Assembly: GCA_964569105.1 (NCBI GenBank)
Contig: CAZMTC010000003.1
Location: 1-43,751, forward strand
Length of the DNA stretch: 43,751 nt
Origin: an uncultured Alphaproteobacteria bacterium
GTDB lineage: Bacteria > Pseudomonadota > Alphaproteobacteria > CAZMTC01
Direction of reading: 5' to 3'
In this document: in pieces, positions 1 to 12,735 of the stretch
Layout of the letters: every line of letters begins with the position of its first letter
Position numbering within the stretch: position 1 is the first letter of the stretch
The notes under the pieces: generated by a model
Database searches by the model: none
Seen by the model: the letters and a program-made list of their open reading frames with translations, nothing else
Told to the model about the DNA's origin: nothing
Translations under genes and position numbers: made by a program

Positions 1-771
1 ATGGTCCGCGGCCAGCAGCTTGTGCGCGGCGGCGACCTCCTCCTCCTCGCCGGGATGGGTCGACGCGGCGAGCCAGACGGGCCGCTCTCCGACCGCCGCG
101 CGCAACTCGTCGAGCGCCGCGGCGTCGGCCGGCAGCGGCGCCGCGGCGTGCTTGAGGTTGCCCACCGGCCGGGCATCGCGCGCGCCCAGCGCGGCGAAGC
201 GCTCGGCGTCGGCCGGCGACTGCACCAGGCAAGGGTCGAAGGACGCGAGCAGCGTCCGCGCCAGGCCGGGAAAGCGACGCCAGCCGCGCAGCGAGCGTGC
301 CGACATGCGACCGTTGACCAGCGCCATCGGGATACCGCGCACCGTCGTCTCGCGCACCAGGTTGGGCCACAGCTCGCTCTCCACCCACAGCGCCAGGTCG
401 GGACGCCAGTGGTCGAGGAAACCGCGCACCCAGGGCAGCCTGTCGACGGGGACATACTGATGGAACGCGCGCGCGGGGAGCCGATCGGCCATGATCGCGG
501 CGGAGGTCACGGTTCCGGTCGTGACCAACAGATGGGCACCGGGCAGCCGGTCGAGCAACGCATCGACCAGCGGCAGCGCCGCCACCGATTCGCCGACCGA
601 GGCTGCGTGCACCCAGACCAGCGGACCGTCGGGTCGGATGCGGCCGGGAATACCCATGCGCTCGCCCATGCGGGCCGGGTCCTCCTTGCCGCGCCGCCGG
701 CGCGCCATCAGCAGCCAGCGGATGCCCGGTCCGGCCAGCGTGGTGGCGAGGCGGTAGAGCGGCGCGATCAT
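1..771 (-). CDS. waaA: Kdo transferase WaaA/KdtA, N-terminal ~257 aa (3' end lies beyond the left window edge)
   Basis: This ORF is not in the ORF track. My own reverse-complement translation from the ATG at 771..769 reads MIAPLYRLATTLAGPGIRWLLMARRRRGKEDPARMGERMGIPG..PLVWVHAASVGESVAALPLVDALL..LLVTTGTVTSA..WVESELWPNLV..ALVNGRMSARS..PVWLAASTHPGEEE. That follows the WaaA pattern (SVGE, E.ELWPN, N.R.SARS, STH.GEE). Its ATG overlaps the stop of the upstream ORF (ATGA). Confidence 0.85.
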   Translation of the reverse strand, partial: MIAPLYRLATTLAGPGIRWLLMARRRRGKEDPARMGERMGIPGRIRPDGPLVWVHAASVGESVAALPLVDALLDRLPGAHLLVTTGTVTSAAIMADRLPARAFHQYVPVDRLPWVRGFLDHWRPDLALWVESELWPNLVRETTVRGIPMALVNGRMSARSLRGWRRFPGLARTLLASFDPCLVQSPADAERFAALGARDARPVGNLKHAAAPLPADAAALDELRAAVGERPVWLAASTHPGEEEEVAAAHKLLAADH

Positions 772-1505
772 CGCCCGCGCGCGGCCGCCGCGTCGGATCC
801 GGCCGGGGCGGCGGGCGCAGGCTCGATGGTCGCCTGGCCCACCAGGGCGTCGGCCTCGGCGGTGATGGCGTTGAGCCGCGCTTCGACCTCGCGCCGGCAG
901 GCCTCCTGCGCATCGCCGTCGGCGTCGCGCGGCACGTGGATCGGCTCGCCCCAGACGAACACGCCGCGGCCGAATGGCCAGGGCACGATCATGCTATCCC
1001 AGCTTCCCGCGACCGAGCGCGGGCTGGCCGCGAAGGTGCCCGGAACGATAGGCGCGCCGGACAGCCGCGCCGCGGCGATTACGCCCATGCTCGCGCGCAT
1101 GCGCGGGCCGCGTGGACCATCGGGGGTGATACCGACGCAGTCGCCGGCCTCCAGCGCGCGCAGCACGTTGCGCAGCGCTGCCGCGCCGCCCTTGCGGGTC
1201 GAGCCGGCGATGGTCCGGTACCCGAAGCAGCGGATGGTGCGCGCGATCAGCCGGCCGTCGCGGTGCTCTGAAATCATCAGATGGACCGCCATGCGCGGGT
1301 CCCACGATTTGGGCATCATTGCCAGCCGGCCATGCCAGAACACGCCGATGAAGGGCGTGCCGGCGCGCCAGAACCGCTCGGGGATCTCACGGCGCACCGT
1401 GTCCCAGCGGCCGGTGGCATGGACCAGACCGATATACCCGGAAATGGCGTTGGCGAGCACCGCGCGGCCGGCGCCGCTGTCGAGAATCCGGTTGCCCAGG
1501 CCCAT
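768..1505 (-). CDS. DUF374-type lysophospholipid acyltransferase family protein
   Basis: ORF track, 245 aa. The segments FWHGRLAMMP, HRDGRLIA, STRKGGAAAL and ITPDGPRGP are typical of the DUF374 family that usually sits beside waaA. It is translationally coupled to waaA. Confidence 0.75.
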   Translation of the reverse strand: MGLGNRILDSGAGRAVLANAISGYIGLVHATGRWDTVRREIPERFWRAGTPFIGVFWHGRLAMMPKSWDPRMAVHLMISEHRDGRLIARTIRCFGYRTIAGSTRKGGAAALRNVLRALEAGDCVGITPDGPRGPRMRASMGVIAAARLSGAPIVPGTFAASPRSVAGSWDSMIVPWPFGRGVFVWGEPIHVPRDADGDAQEACRREVEARLNAITAEADALVGQATIEPAPAAPAGSDAAAARGR

Positions 1506-1523
1506 GCCGCCGGTCCCGCCGGG

Positions 1524-3449
<1,926 letters not shown>

Positions 3450-3492
3450 AGCACGCCATGACGCAGTGCGGAAACGACTGCGGCGGGACGCG

Positions 3493-4509
3493 TCAGGCCG
3501 CCGCGCGCGCGTCCCCGAACGGCGCCAGATTGTCCAGGAACATCCGCGCACAGGCGTCCCAGGAGTAGCCCAGCGCGAACTGCCGGCAGCGGTCGGGCGG
3601 AATCTCGAGCGCGGTGCGCGCGGCCCGGGCCAGATCCTCGTCGAGCACGCCAACATCGGTTCCGCCGATCACATCGATCGGGCCCGTGACCGGATAGGCG
3701 GCGACGGGCACGCCCGAAGCCAGCGCTTCGAGCAGAACCAGCCCGAAGGTATCCGTGCGCGAAGGGAAGACGAACACGTCGGCCGCGGCGACATGGCAGG
3801 CAAGCTCCTCACCGAACTTGGCGCCGGCAAAGCGGGCGTCGGGATAGCGTCGCGCCAGGGTCTCGCGCAACGGACCGTCGCCGACCAGGACCTTGGTACC
3901 CGGCAGGTCGAGCGCCAGAAAGGCTTCTATGTTCTTCTCCACCGCGACGCGGCCGACAAACATCCAGACCGGGCGCGGCAGGTCGAGCGCGTCCTTGGGG
4001 CGCGGCCTGAACAGCTCGACATCGACGCCGCGGGTCCAGCTCCGGATGTTGACGAACCCGCGCGCCTCGAGCGCCCGGCGCAGCGAGGCCGTGGCCACCA
4101 TCACGCCGCTCGACGGGCGGTGGAACCGGCGCACAACCGCGTAGCTCCATGACACCGGGACACGGAAGCGCGCGTGTATGTACTCGGGGAACTTGGTGTG
4201 GAAGGCCGTGGTGAAGGGCAAGCCGCGGCGCAGGCAGTAACGCCGCGCCGCCAGGCCGAGCGGCCCTTCGGTGGCGATGTGGACGGCGTCGGGCCCGAAC
4301 GCCTCGATCATCCGGCGCACCCCGCCCCACGGCCACAGCGCCAGGCGGATCTCGGGATAGGTCGGGCAGGGGATCGTGCGGAAGCGGTCGGGCGAGATCA
4401 CCTCGACCGCGTGACCCTGACCCACGAGCGTGTCGCGCACGGTCGAGAGCGTGCGCACGACGCCGTTGACCTGCGGGAACCAGGCATCGGAGACGATGAC
4501 GATGCGCAT
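3493..4509 (-). CDS. GT4-family glycosyltransferase, candidate Agt-like glycosyl-diacylglycerol synthase
   Basis: 338 aa. MRIVIVSDAWFPQVNGVVRT.. is a typical GT-B/GT4 N-terminus and VFVFPSRTDTFGLVLLEALASGVPV is the EX7E-type C-terminal motif. It starts 12 nt downstream of the PlcP-like gene. Confidence 0.6.
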   Translation of the reverse strand: MRIVIVSDAWFPQVNGVVRTLSTVRDTLVGQGHAVEVISPDRFRTIPCPTYPEIRLALWPWGGVRRMIEAFGPDAVHIATEGPLGLAARRYCLRRGLPFTTAFHTKFPEYIHARFRVPVSWSYAVVRRFHRPSSGVMVATASLRRALEARGFVNIRSWTRGVDVELFRPRPKDALDLPRPVWMFVGRVAVEKNIEAFLALDLPGTKVLVGDGPLRETLARRYPDARFAGAKFGEELACHVAAADVFVFPSRTDTFGLVLLEALASGVPVAAYPVTGPIDVIGGTDVGVLDEDLARAARTALEIPPDRCRQFALGYSWDACARMFLDNLAPFGDARAAA

Positions 4510-4520
4510 GGAGCGACGGC

Positions 4521-5357
4521 TCAGGCCGCCGGCACAGCGTCGACGGGCGTCGAGCGGGACCAGAACTCGAGCTGGCGCAACTCGACCCAGTGCAGGATCT
4601 CGAGACGGCCGTCCATGTGCTCCACCAACGCGGTGCAGCTCTCGACCCAGTCGCCGTCGTTGCAGTAGAGCACGTCGCCGATGCGGCGCATCTCGGCCTT
4701 GTGGATGTGCCCGGCGATGACGCCGTCGACCTTGCGCCGCCGCGCTTCGTCGGCCACCGCCTCCTCGAAGCGGCCGATATAGTCGACCGCGTTCTTGACC
4801 TTGTGCTTGAGGTAGGCGGAAAGCGACCAGTAGCTGAGCCCCAGCCGGCGGCGCGCGCCGTTGAGCACGTTGTTGAAGGCCAGAGCGACGTTATAGGCCC
4901 AGTCGCCGAGCAGCGCGAGCCACTTGGCGTACTTCACCACGGCGTCGAACTGATCCCCGTGGAGAACGAGGAAACGGCGTCCGTCGGCGGTGCGGTGGAT
5001 GGCCTCGCCCACGACCAGCACCCCGCCGAGGCGAATGTCCGTGTAGTCGCGCAGAATTTCGTCGTGGTTGCCGGGCACGTAAATGACCTTGGTGCCCTTG
5101 CGCGCCTTGCGAAGAACCTTTTGGATGACGTCGTTGTGGCTCTGCACCCAGTACCAGGACTTGCGCAGCCGCCACCCGTCGATAATATCGCCCACGAGAT
5201 ACAGGTATTCAGATTCGGTATACCTCAGAAAATCCAGAAGGAACTCAGCATTGCAGCCGCGCGTGCCCAAGTGCACGTCCGATATCCAGATCGAGCGGAA
5301 GCGAAAGGGATCGCGGGGAGGAACAGACATCGCGTTCTGGCCGTCGCCGTTGCGCAC
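4521..5357 (-). CDS. plcP: LpxH-related metallophosphoesterase, candidate PlcP-type phospholipase C
   Basis: 278 aa with metallophosphoesterase motifs ISDVHLGT, LVGDIIDGW, VPGNHDE, LHGDQFD and AGHIH. It differs from canonical LpxH in the region after GD. Size and the pairing with a GT4 gene match the PlcP-Agt arrangement. The start could also be the internal ATG at 5330 (MSVPPRD). Confidence 0.55.
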   Translation of the reverse strand: MRNGDGQNAMSVPPRDPFRFRSIWISDVHLGTRGCNAEFLLDFLRYTESEYLYLVGDIIDGWRLRKSWYWVQSHNDVIQKVLRKARKGTKVIYVPGNHDEILRDYTDIRLGGVLVVGEAIHRTADGRRFLVLHGDQFDAVVKYAKWLALLGDWAYNVALAFNNVLNGARRRLGLSYWSLSAYLKHKVKNAVDYIGRFEEAVADEARRRKVDGVIAGHIHKAEMRRIGDVLYCNDGDWVESCTALVEHMDGRLEILHWVELRQLEFWSRSTPVDAVPAA

Positions 5358-5364
5358 CGAAGCC

Positions 5365-5384
5365 GTGGATACGAGTTATCCACA
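5365..5384. promoter_or_regulatory. 7-bp inverted repeat GTGGATA-N5-TATCCAC containing a perfect DnaA-box nonamer TTATCCACA (5376-5384)
   Basis: Read directly from the sequence. It lies in the AT-richer divergent region between the plcP-like gene and the lipid kinase gene. Confidence 0.3.
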
Positions 5385-5547
5385 GGCTTACGCTGGAGCA
5401 TTAGCAAGTCGCGCCGAGTCTGTTCGAGTGAATTATTTGTGAATATGTGGAGCCACTTTCGTAACAATAATGACATATCATCGCAATATTTCACGATCCA
5501 CGGCGGGACAAATGGTCGAGGCCTCGGGGACCGTCGGTCTGCGGCGG

Positions 5548-6432
5548 ATGCCGGGGCGCGGACGCCGTGTGCTGGTAATCTACAATCCGGCAGCCGGGTT
5601 CCGGCGGCGGCGGCGCTTCAATCAAGCGCTGCGGCGCCTGGCGACCCTGGACTGTCCGCTGACCGTGCGAGAGACGGCGGGGCCCGGCGAGGCCGAGCGT
5701 TTGGCGCTCGCGGCGCGGGGCGAGGAATGCGACGTCGTCGTCGCGGCGGGTGGGGACGGCACCATCAACGAGATCGCCAACGCATTGGCGGGCAGCGGCA
5801 CGCCCATGGGCATCATCCCGTTGGGCACGGCCAACGTGCTGTCGTCGGAAATCGGCGTCGGGGCCGATCCGATGCTGGCTGCGGACACCATCGCCTTCGG
5901 TCAGCCGGGCGAGGTATTCCTGGGCCGCGCCGGCGATCGGCTGTTTTGCGCCATGGCCGGGGTCGGGCTGGACGCGCGGATCGTTGCGGGCCTCAGCCTT
6001 CGGCTCAAGCGGATGGTCGGCAAGGGGGCTTATGCCTGGGGTTGCTTGCGCGAGCTGGCGGCACTGCCCGGCACGGCCTACCGGATCGAGGTGAACGGGG
6101 AAACCAAGCGTGCTGCCTGGGTAATCGTCGCCAACGCGCATTACTACGCCGGTCGGTTCGTGGCCGCACCCGATGCGCGCCTCGACCTGCCCGCGCTGCA
6201 CCTGGTGCTGATGGAACGGCCGGGGCGGTGGAACCTCCTGCGCTACGGCATGGCGTTCGCACTGCACCGGCTCCACGAGCTCGATGACGTCGAGACGATC
6301 CCCGCCCGCACGATCCGAATCGCCGGGCCCGAAGGCGAGCCGCTACAGGCCGACGGCGACCTGATCGGCCGCCTGCCGGCGGAAATCAGCGTCGCCGACG
6401 AGCGATTGACGTTGCTGTTCCCGCGGGCGTGA
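5548..6432 (+). CDS. Diacylglycerol-kinase-fold lipid kinase (YegS/LCB5 family)
   Basis: The frame is that of ORF 5470..6432. RRVLVIYNPAAG, AAGGDGTINEI and IIPLGTANV are the DAGK catalytic-domain motifs. The first 26 codons of the track ORF are AT-rich and unlike the local coding style, so I place the start at ATG 5548; ATG 5512 is also possible. Confidence 0.7.
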   Translation: MPGRGRRVLVIYNPAAGFRRRRRFNQALRRLATLDCPLTVRETAGPGEAERLALAARGEECDVVVAAGGDGTINEIANALAGSGTPMGIIPLGTANVLSSEIGVGADPMLAADTIAFGQPGEVFLGRAGDRLFCAMAGVGLDARIVAGLSLRLKRMVGKGAYAWGCLRELAALPGTAYRIEVNGETKRAAWVIVANAHYYAGRFVAAPDARLDLPALHLVLMERPGRWNLLRYGMAFALHRLHELDDVETIPARTIRIAGPEGEPLQADGDLIGRLPAEISVADERLTLLFPRA

Positions 6433-6447
6433 TCGGGCGCAAGTGAC

Positions 6448-8241
<1,794 letters not shown>

Positions 8242-8288
8242 GGGTCCTGTTCCTTCCTGTCTACGCCGCGCCGGTGCCGGGGGCGGCT

Positions 8289-8400
8289 AACCACAGAGGC
8301 ACACAGACACAGAGGTTGCACAGAGGAATTCCATTGCGCCGCGAAACGGCGCCGTACCTTCTACTCTGTGCCCACTCTGTGCCTCTGTGTCTCTGTGGTT
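8289..8400. repeat. 112-nt imperfect palindrome built from CACAGAG / CTCTGTG heptamer repeats, with an inner GCGCCG-CGAAA-CGGCGC hairpin
   Basis: The outer arms AACCACAGAG (8289-8298) and CTCTGTGGTT (8391-8400) pair perfectly. Three further blocks of 7-8 bp pair with small bulges. The inner stem is 8336-8341 / 8347-8352. Confidence 0.75.
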
Positions 8401-8430
8401 CCATAACCGTCGGGAGCACGCGATGCATCC

Positions 8431-10758
8431 TCAGTTGCGCAGCGGCTTGCCGGTGGTGAGCATGTGCTCGATCCGGTCGAGCGTGGGGCCGCGCTTGATC
8501 AACGACATGAACGACTTGACCTCGAGCTTGGTCAGGTCGTCCTCGCTGAGCGTGTCGGTGATGTCGGTGTCGCCGCCAGAGAGCACGCGGGCCAGCGCCT
8601 CCGAGACCACCGCGTCGTATTCCGTGGCCTTGCCCTGCTGGACGTAGCCCTTCACGAACAGGTCGAGCGCGGCCTTGGCGGTCGGGCCAGGCAGCGCGAT
8701 CTCGGCCGGCTCGGGCGGGGCGTAGCCCTCGGCGAGCTCGAGCGCCTTGGCCTTGGCGTCGGCGAGCACGCGGTCACGGTTCATGGTGATGCCGTCGGAC
8801 GCCTTCAGGAACAGCATCTCCTTGGCCTCGTAGGCCGAGCGCGCGACCTGGGCCGTGGAGATGTACTCGAACGCCTTGGCGATGGCCGGCATCGGTCCGC
8901 CCGGGCGCTTGTCGTTGCCCATCCAGCGGATCAGCAGCTCCTTGCAGCCGCCCCAGCCGGGGATCACACCGACGCCGACCTCGACCAGCCCGATATAGCT
9001 TTCGGCATGCGCCTGGACGTGGTCGGAGTGCAAGAGTACCTCGCAGCCGCCGCCCAGCGCCATGCCCGAGGGCGCGGAAACCACCGGAAAGGGCGCGAAC
9101 TTGAGCGCCTTGTAGGCGCGCTGGCCGTTCTCGATGTTGCCCTCGATCATCGGCCAGGCGGCGATGTTGGCGGCGAACAGGGCGAGGCCGACATTGGCGC
9201 CGACCGAGAAGTTGCCGGCCTCGTTGTGGATCACCAGCGCCTTGAAGTCGGCCTTCACCCGCTTCACGGCCTTGTCGATCATCGCCATGATCTGGTCGTC
9301 GACGGCGTTCATCTTGGTGTGGAACTCGAGACAGGCGACGCCGTCGCCGATGTCCCACAGGCTGGCCGAGCCATTCTTCTCCAGCGGCTCCGACCGGCGC
9401 TTGACGTCGGCGAGCAGCAGCACGCCCGCGCGCCGCGGCACGTCGTGGTATTCGCCGTCGGTGCCGAAATATTGCAGCACGCCGTCGCGGGTGCGGTAGA
9501 AGCTCTTGTCGCCGACCTGATCGAGCAGCGCAGGCACCTCGACGCCGTCGGCCGCCAGCTTCGCGGCGAACCATTCGGGGCCGAGCATGTCGATCATCTC
9601 GAACGGGCCCCACTTCCAGTTGTAGCCCATGCGCATGGCGTCATCGACGGCGGCCACGTCGTCGGCGATCCCGGGCACCAGCCGCGCGGCGTAGGGCAGC
9701 GCGCGGGAGAGGATGTACCAGGCGTAGTCCGAGCCCTTGTCGCCGTGATCGAGCAGCGCGCGCAGGCCCTTCTTGGCGGCGCGCGCCGAGCCCAGGCGCG
9801 CCTCGACCGTGGGCCGGTACTCGCCGGTCTCGAGGTCGAGCGCCTCCTTGACCTTCCGCCCGCCCTCGCGGTTGAGGCGGTAGAAGCCGCCCTTGCCCTT
9901 GCGGCCGGTATAGCCGTCCTCGATCATCTTCAGGAGCCGCTCGTCCTCGCGGTACTCCGCCCTGTAGGGATCGTCGGCGGGGACATTGTCGTACAGGCTC
10001 TTCGAGACATGCGGCATCAGGTCGAGCCCGACCAGGTCCATCAGCCCGAACACGCCGGTCTTGGGCAGGCCCAGCGGCCTGCCGGCGATGCTGTCCGCCT
10101 CCTCCACCGTCAGGCCCAGCTCGCGCGCGCCGTTGGCCGCGGCGGTCATGAACATGGTGCCGATGCGGTTGGCGATGAAGCCGGGCGTGTCCTTGCAGTC
10201 GACCACGCCCTTGCCGAGCCGGCGGTCGCCGAACTCGCGGATCGTCTCGACCGCGTCGGGCCGCGTCTTCGGCCCCTGCACCAGCTCGAGCAGGCGCAGA
10301 TAGCGCGGCGGGTTGAAGAAATGGGTGATCAGGAAGTCCTTCTTGAAGGACTCGGGCAGGCCCTCGGTGAGCTGGGCGAGCGGAATGGTCGAGGTGTTGG
10401 AGGACACGATCGAGCCGGGCTTCCGCGCCGTCTCGACCTTGGCGTAGAGGTCGCGCTTGATCTGCGGGTTCTCGACGATCGCCTCGACGATCCAGTCGGC
10501 GTCGGCGATGTCGTCGAGGTTGTCCTCGATATTGCCCGGCGTGACCAGACGTGCGTTGCGCTTGTGCATGAACGGCGCCGGGTCGGTCTTCAAGAGCTTG
10601 TCGATGGCGCCCTTGGCGACCGCGTCGCGGTCGTTGGCACCCTCGGGCACGATGTCGAGCAGCAGCACCGGCACGCCGGCATTGGCCAGGTGTGCGGCGA
10701 TGCCCGCGCCCATAACGCCCGCGCCAATCACGGCGGCTTTCTGGATCTCGGTGGTCAT
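8431..10758 (-). CDS. Bifunctional 3-hydroxyacyl-CoA dehydrogenase / enoyl-CoA hydratase (dehydrogenase domain N-terminal)
   Basis: 775 aa. The N-terminal Rossmann motif AAVIGAGVMGAGIAAHLANAG is followed by 3HCDH domains. The C-terminal ~270 aa form a crotonase fold (ALVIHNEAGNFSVGAN.., GMALGGGCEVLLHSD). The domain order is the reverse of E. coli FadB. Confidence 0.85.
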   Translation of the reverse strand: MTTEIQKAAVIGAGVMGAGIAAHLANAGVPVLLLDIVPEGANDRDAVAKGAIDKLLKTDPAPFMHKRNARLVTPGNIEDNLDDIADADWIVEAIVENPQIKRDLYAKVETARKPGSIVSSNTSTIPLAQLTEGLPESFKKDFLITHFFNPPRYLRLLELVQGPKTRPDAVETIREFGDRRLGKGVVDCKDTPGFIANRIGTMFMTAAANGARELGLTVEEADSIAGRPLGLPKTGVFGLMDLVGLDLMPHVSKSLYDNVPADDPYRAEYREDERLLKMIEDGYTGRKGKGGFYRLNREGGRKVKEALDLETGEYRPTVEARLGSARAAKKGLRALLDHGDKGSDYAWYILSRALPYAARLVPGIADDVAAVDDAMRMGYNWKWGPFEMIDMLGPEWFAAKLAADGVEVPALLDQVGDKSFYRTRDGVLQYFGTDGEYHDVPRRAGVLLLADVKRRSEPLEKNGSASLWDIGDGVACLEFHTKMNAVDDQIMAMIDKAVKRVKADFKALVIHNEAGNFSVGANVGLALFAANIAAWPMIEGNIENGQRAYKALKFAPFPVVSAPSGMALGGGCEVLLHSDHVQAHAESYIGLVEVGVGVIPGWGGCKELLIRWMGNDKRPGGPMPAIAKAFEYISTAQVARSAYEAKEMLFLKASDGITMNRDRVLADAKAKALELAEGYAPPEPAEIALPGPTAKAALDLFVKGYVQQGKATEYDAVVSEALARVLSGGDTDITDTLSEDDLTKLEVKSFMSLIKRGPTLDRIEHMLTTGKPLRN

Positions 10759-10855
10759 GGTCGTTCCCTATCCCTTCGCGGCTTCCCCGGCCGGAGCGCA
10801 TAAGGCGCGCAGAGCCGGGGCCCAGCATGTGTGCATCTCGCGGTGGCGTCTCTGG

Positions 10856-10876
10856 GTCCCGGGTCGGGCCCGGGAC
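10856..10876. other. Perfect 8-bp GC stem-loop GTCCCGGG-TCGGG-CCCGGGAC in the fadA-fadB spacer
   Basis: Read directly. No U-tract follows on the coding (minus) strand, so it is not a classical terminator. Confidence 0.5.
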
Positions 10877-10892
10877 GGCCCAGGCGTTCCGC

Positions 10893-12025
<1,133 letters not shown>

Positions 12026-12029
<4 letters not shown>

Positions 12030-12616
12030 GCCGCTGTCCTTTCGTCGCCCCCGGCGTCCGGGTCGAGCAACGCCCGCGTGTCGAGCCCCGCCCGGTGGAG
12101 CACCGAGGGATCCTTGTGAATGCCCATCATCATGATGGCCCCCTGAGCGCGGGCCACCGCGTCGCGCGCCAGCTCGGCCGCCTTGTCCGCGCCGTAGCGC
12201 GCGGTCAGCAGGCAGGCCAGCGCCGTTTCCCAGTTGTCGAAATAGATGCGGATGCGGTCGCCGATGCTCGCGATGCTGTCGCCGAGCTCGAGCGCCAGGT
12301 TGCCGATGACGCAGCCGCCCTCGCGCTCGGTGAAGTAGCGGCCGGCGGCGTCGCACAGCGTGTGCATGCGCTCGGCCTCGGTGAGCGCGGCGTCGTCGGC
12401 GATGGCGAAGATCTTGTCGCGGGTCTCGTCGATGACCCGGTCGAGCGCCGCCAGCGCCAGCGCCTCCTTGCCGTCGAAATAGTGGTAGATCGAGCCCTTG
12501 AGCAGCCCGGTCGCCTTGGCGACGTCGGCCATCGAGGTGTCGTGGTAGCCCTGGAGCCGGAACAGGTCCAAGGCGGCGTCGATCACCGCGTCGCGGTCGG
12601 TCTTCTTGACGGCCAA
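12026..12616 (-). CDS. TetR-family transcriptional regulator, PsrA/FadR-like by context
   Basis: 196 aa with the TetR HTH (AALDLFRLQGYHDTSMADVAKATGLLKGSIYHYF). It is the first gene of the beta-oxidation operon and is translationally coupled to fadA. Confidence 0.85.
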
Positions 12617-12638
12617 GGGTGGCTCCCGAAGGTCTCTA

Positions 12639-12654
12639 CCAAACGTTCGTTTGG
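12639..12654. promoter_or_regulatory. Candidate TetR operator CCAAACGTTCGTTTGG (CAAAC-N4-GTTTG)
   Basis: 7-bp inverted repeat, 23 nt upstream of the tetR ATG. It matches the published PsrA consensus G/CAAAC-N2-4-GTTTG/C. Confidence 0.5.
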
Positions 12655-12735
12655 GTGATGCCTGAAGCGAAGACGGGAGTCAAGAGGCATTGTGCCAGGA
12701 CGGAGGGACACACGGCCGATGCCACCGCAACCGCC

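Noticed and set aside
3450-3656. N-terminal extensions of track ORFs, here msbA-like; also 12030-12356 (fadA), 33467-34114 (ACAD), 34489-34749 (dusA), 25740-25835 (acylase) and 14722-14934 (FHA)
   Set aside because: The extensions overlap upstream genes or spacers and have non-coding-like composition. Internal ATG/GTG codons give N-termini typical of each family, often with an RBS or a stop/start overlap.
4521-5357. Calling this gene lpxH (UDP-2,3-diacylglucosamine diphosphatase)
   Set aside because: The sequence after the GD motif, the pairing with a GT4 gene, and the general use of LpxI in alphaproteobacteria all favour the PlcP subfamily. This remains an inference and I record it with moderate confidence only.
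5465-5480. Pho-box-like TGTCAT half-site (minus strand, 5470-5475) upstream of the plcP-like gene
   Set aside because: The second half-site at the required 11-nt periodicity is poor (TGTTAC at the wrong spacing). I cannot call a PhoB site by eye, so I leave it as a check under the PlcP finding.
5358-5547. Possible chromosomal replication origin, because of the perfect DnaA box and the AT-rich spacer
   Set aside because: There is only one perfect box plus one 7/9 box. There is no cluster of boxes, no obvious AT-rich 13-mer-type unwinding repeats, and none of the usual alphaproteobacterial origin neighbours such as hemE. It is more plausibly a promoter-region site.
8289-8400. CRISPR-like or tandem-repeat array because of the repeated CACAGAG units
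   Set aside because: The units are 7-10 nt long and contiguous, and they are mirrored by their complement to form one hairpin. There are no spacers and no cas genes.
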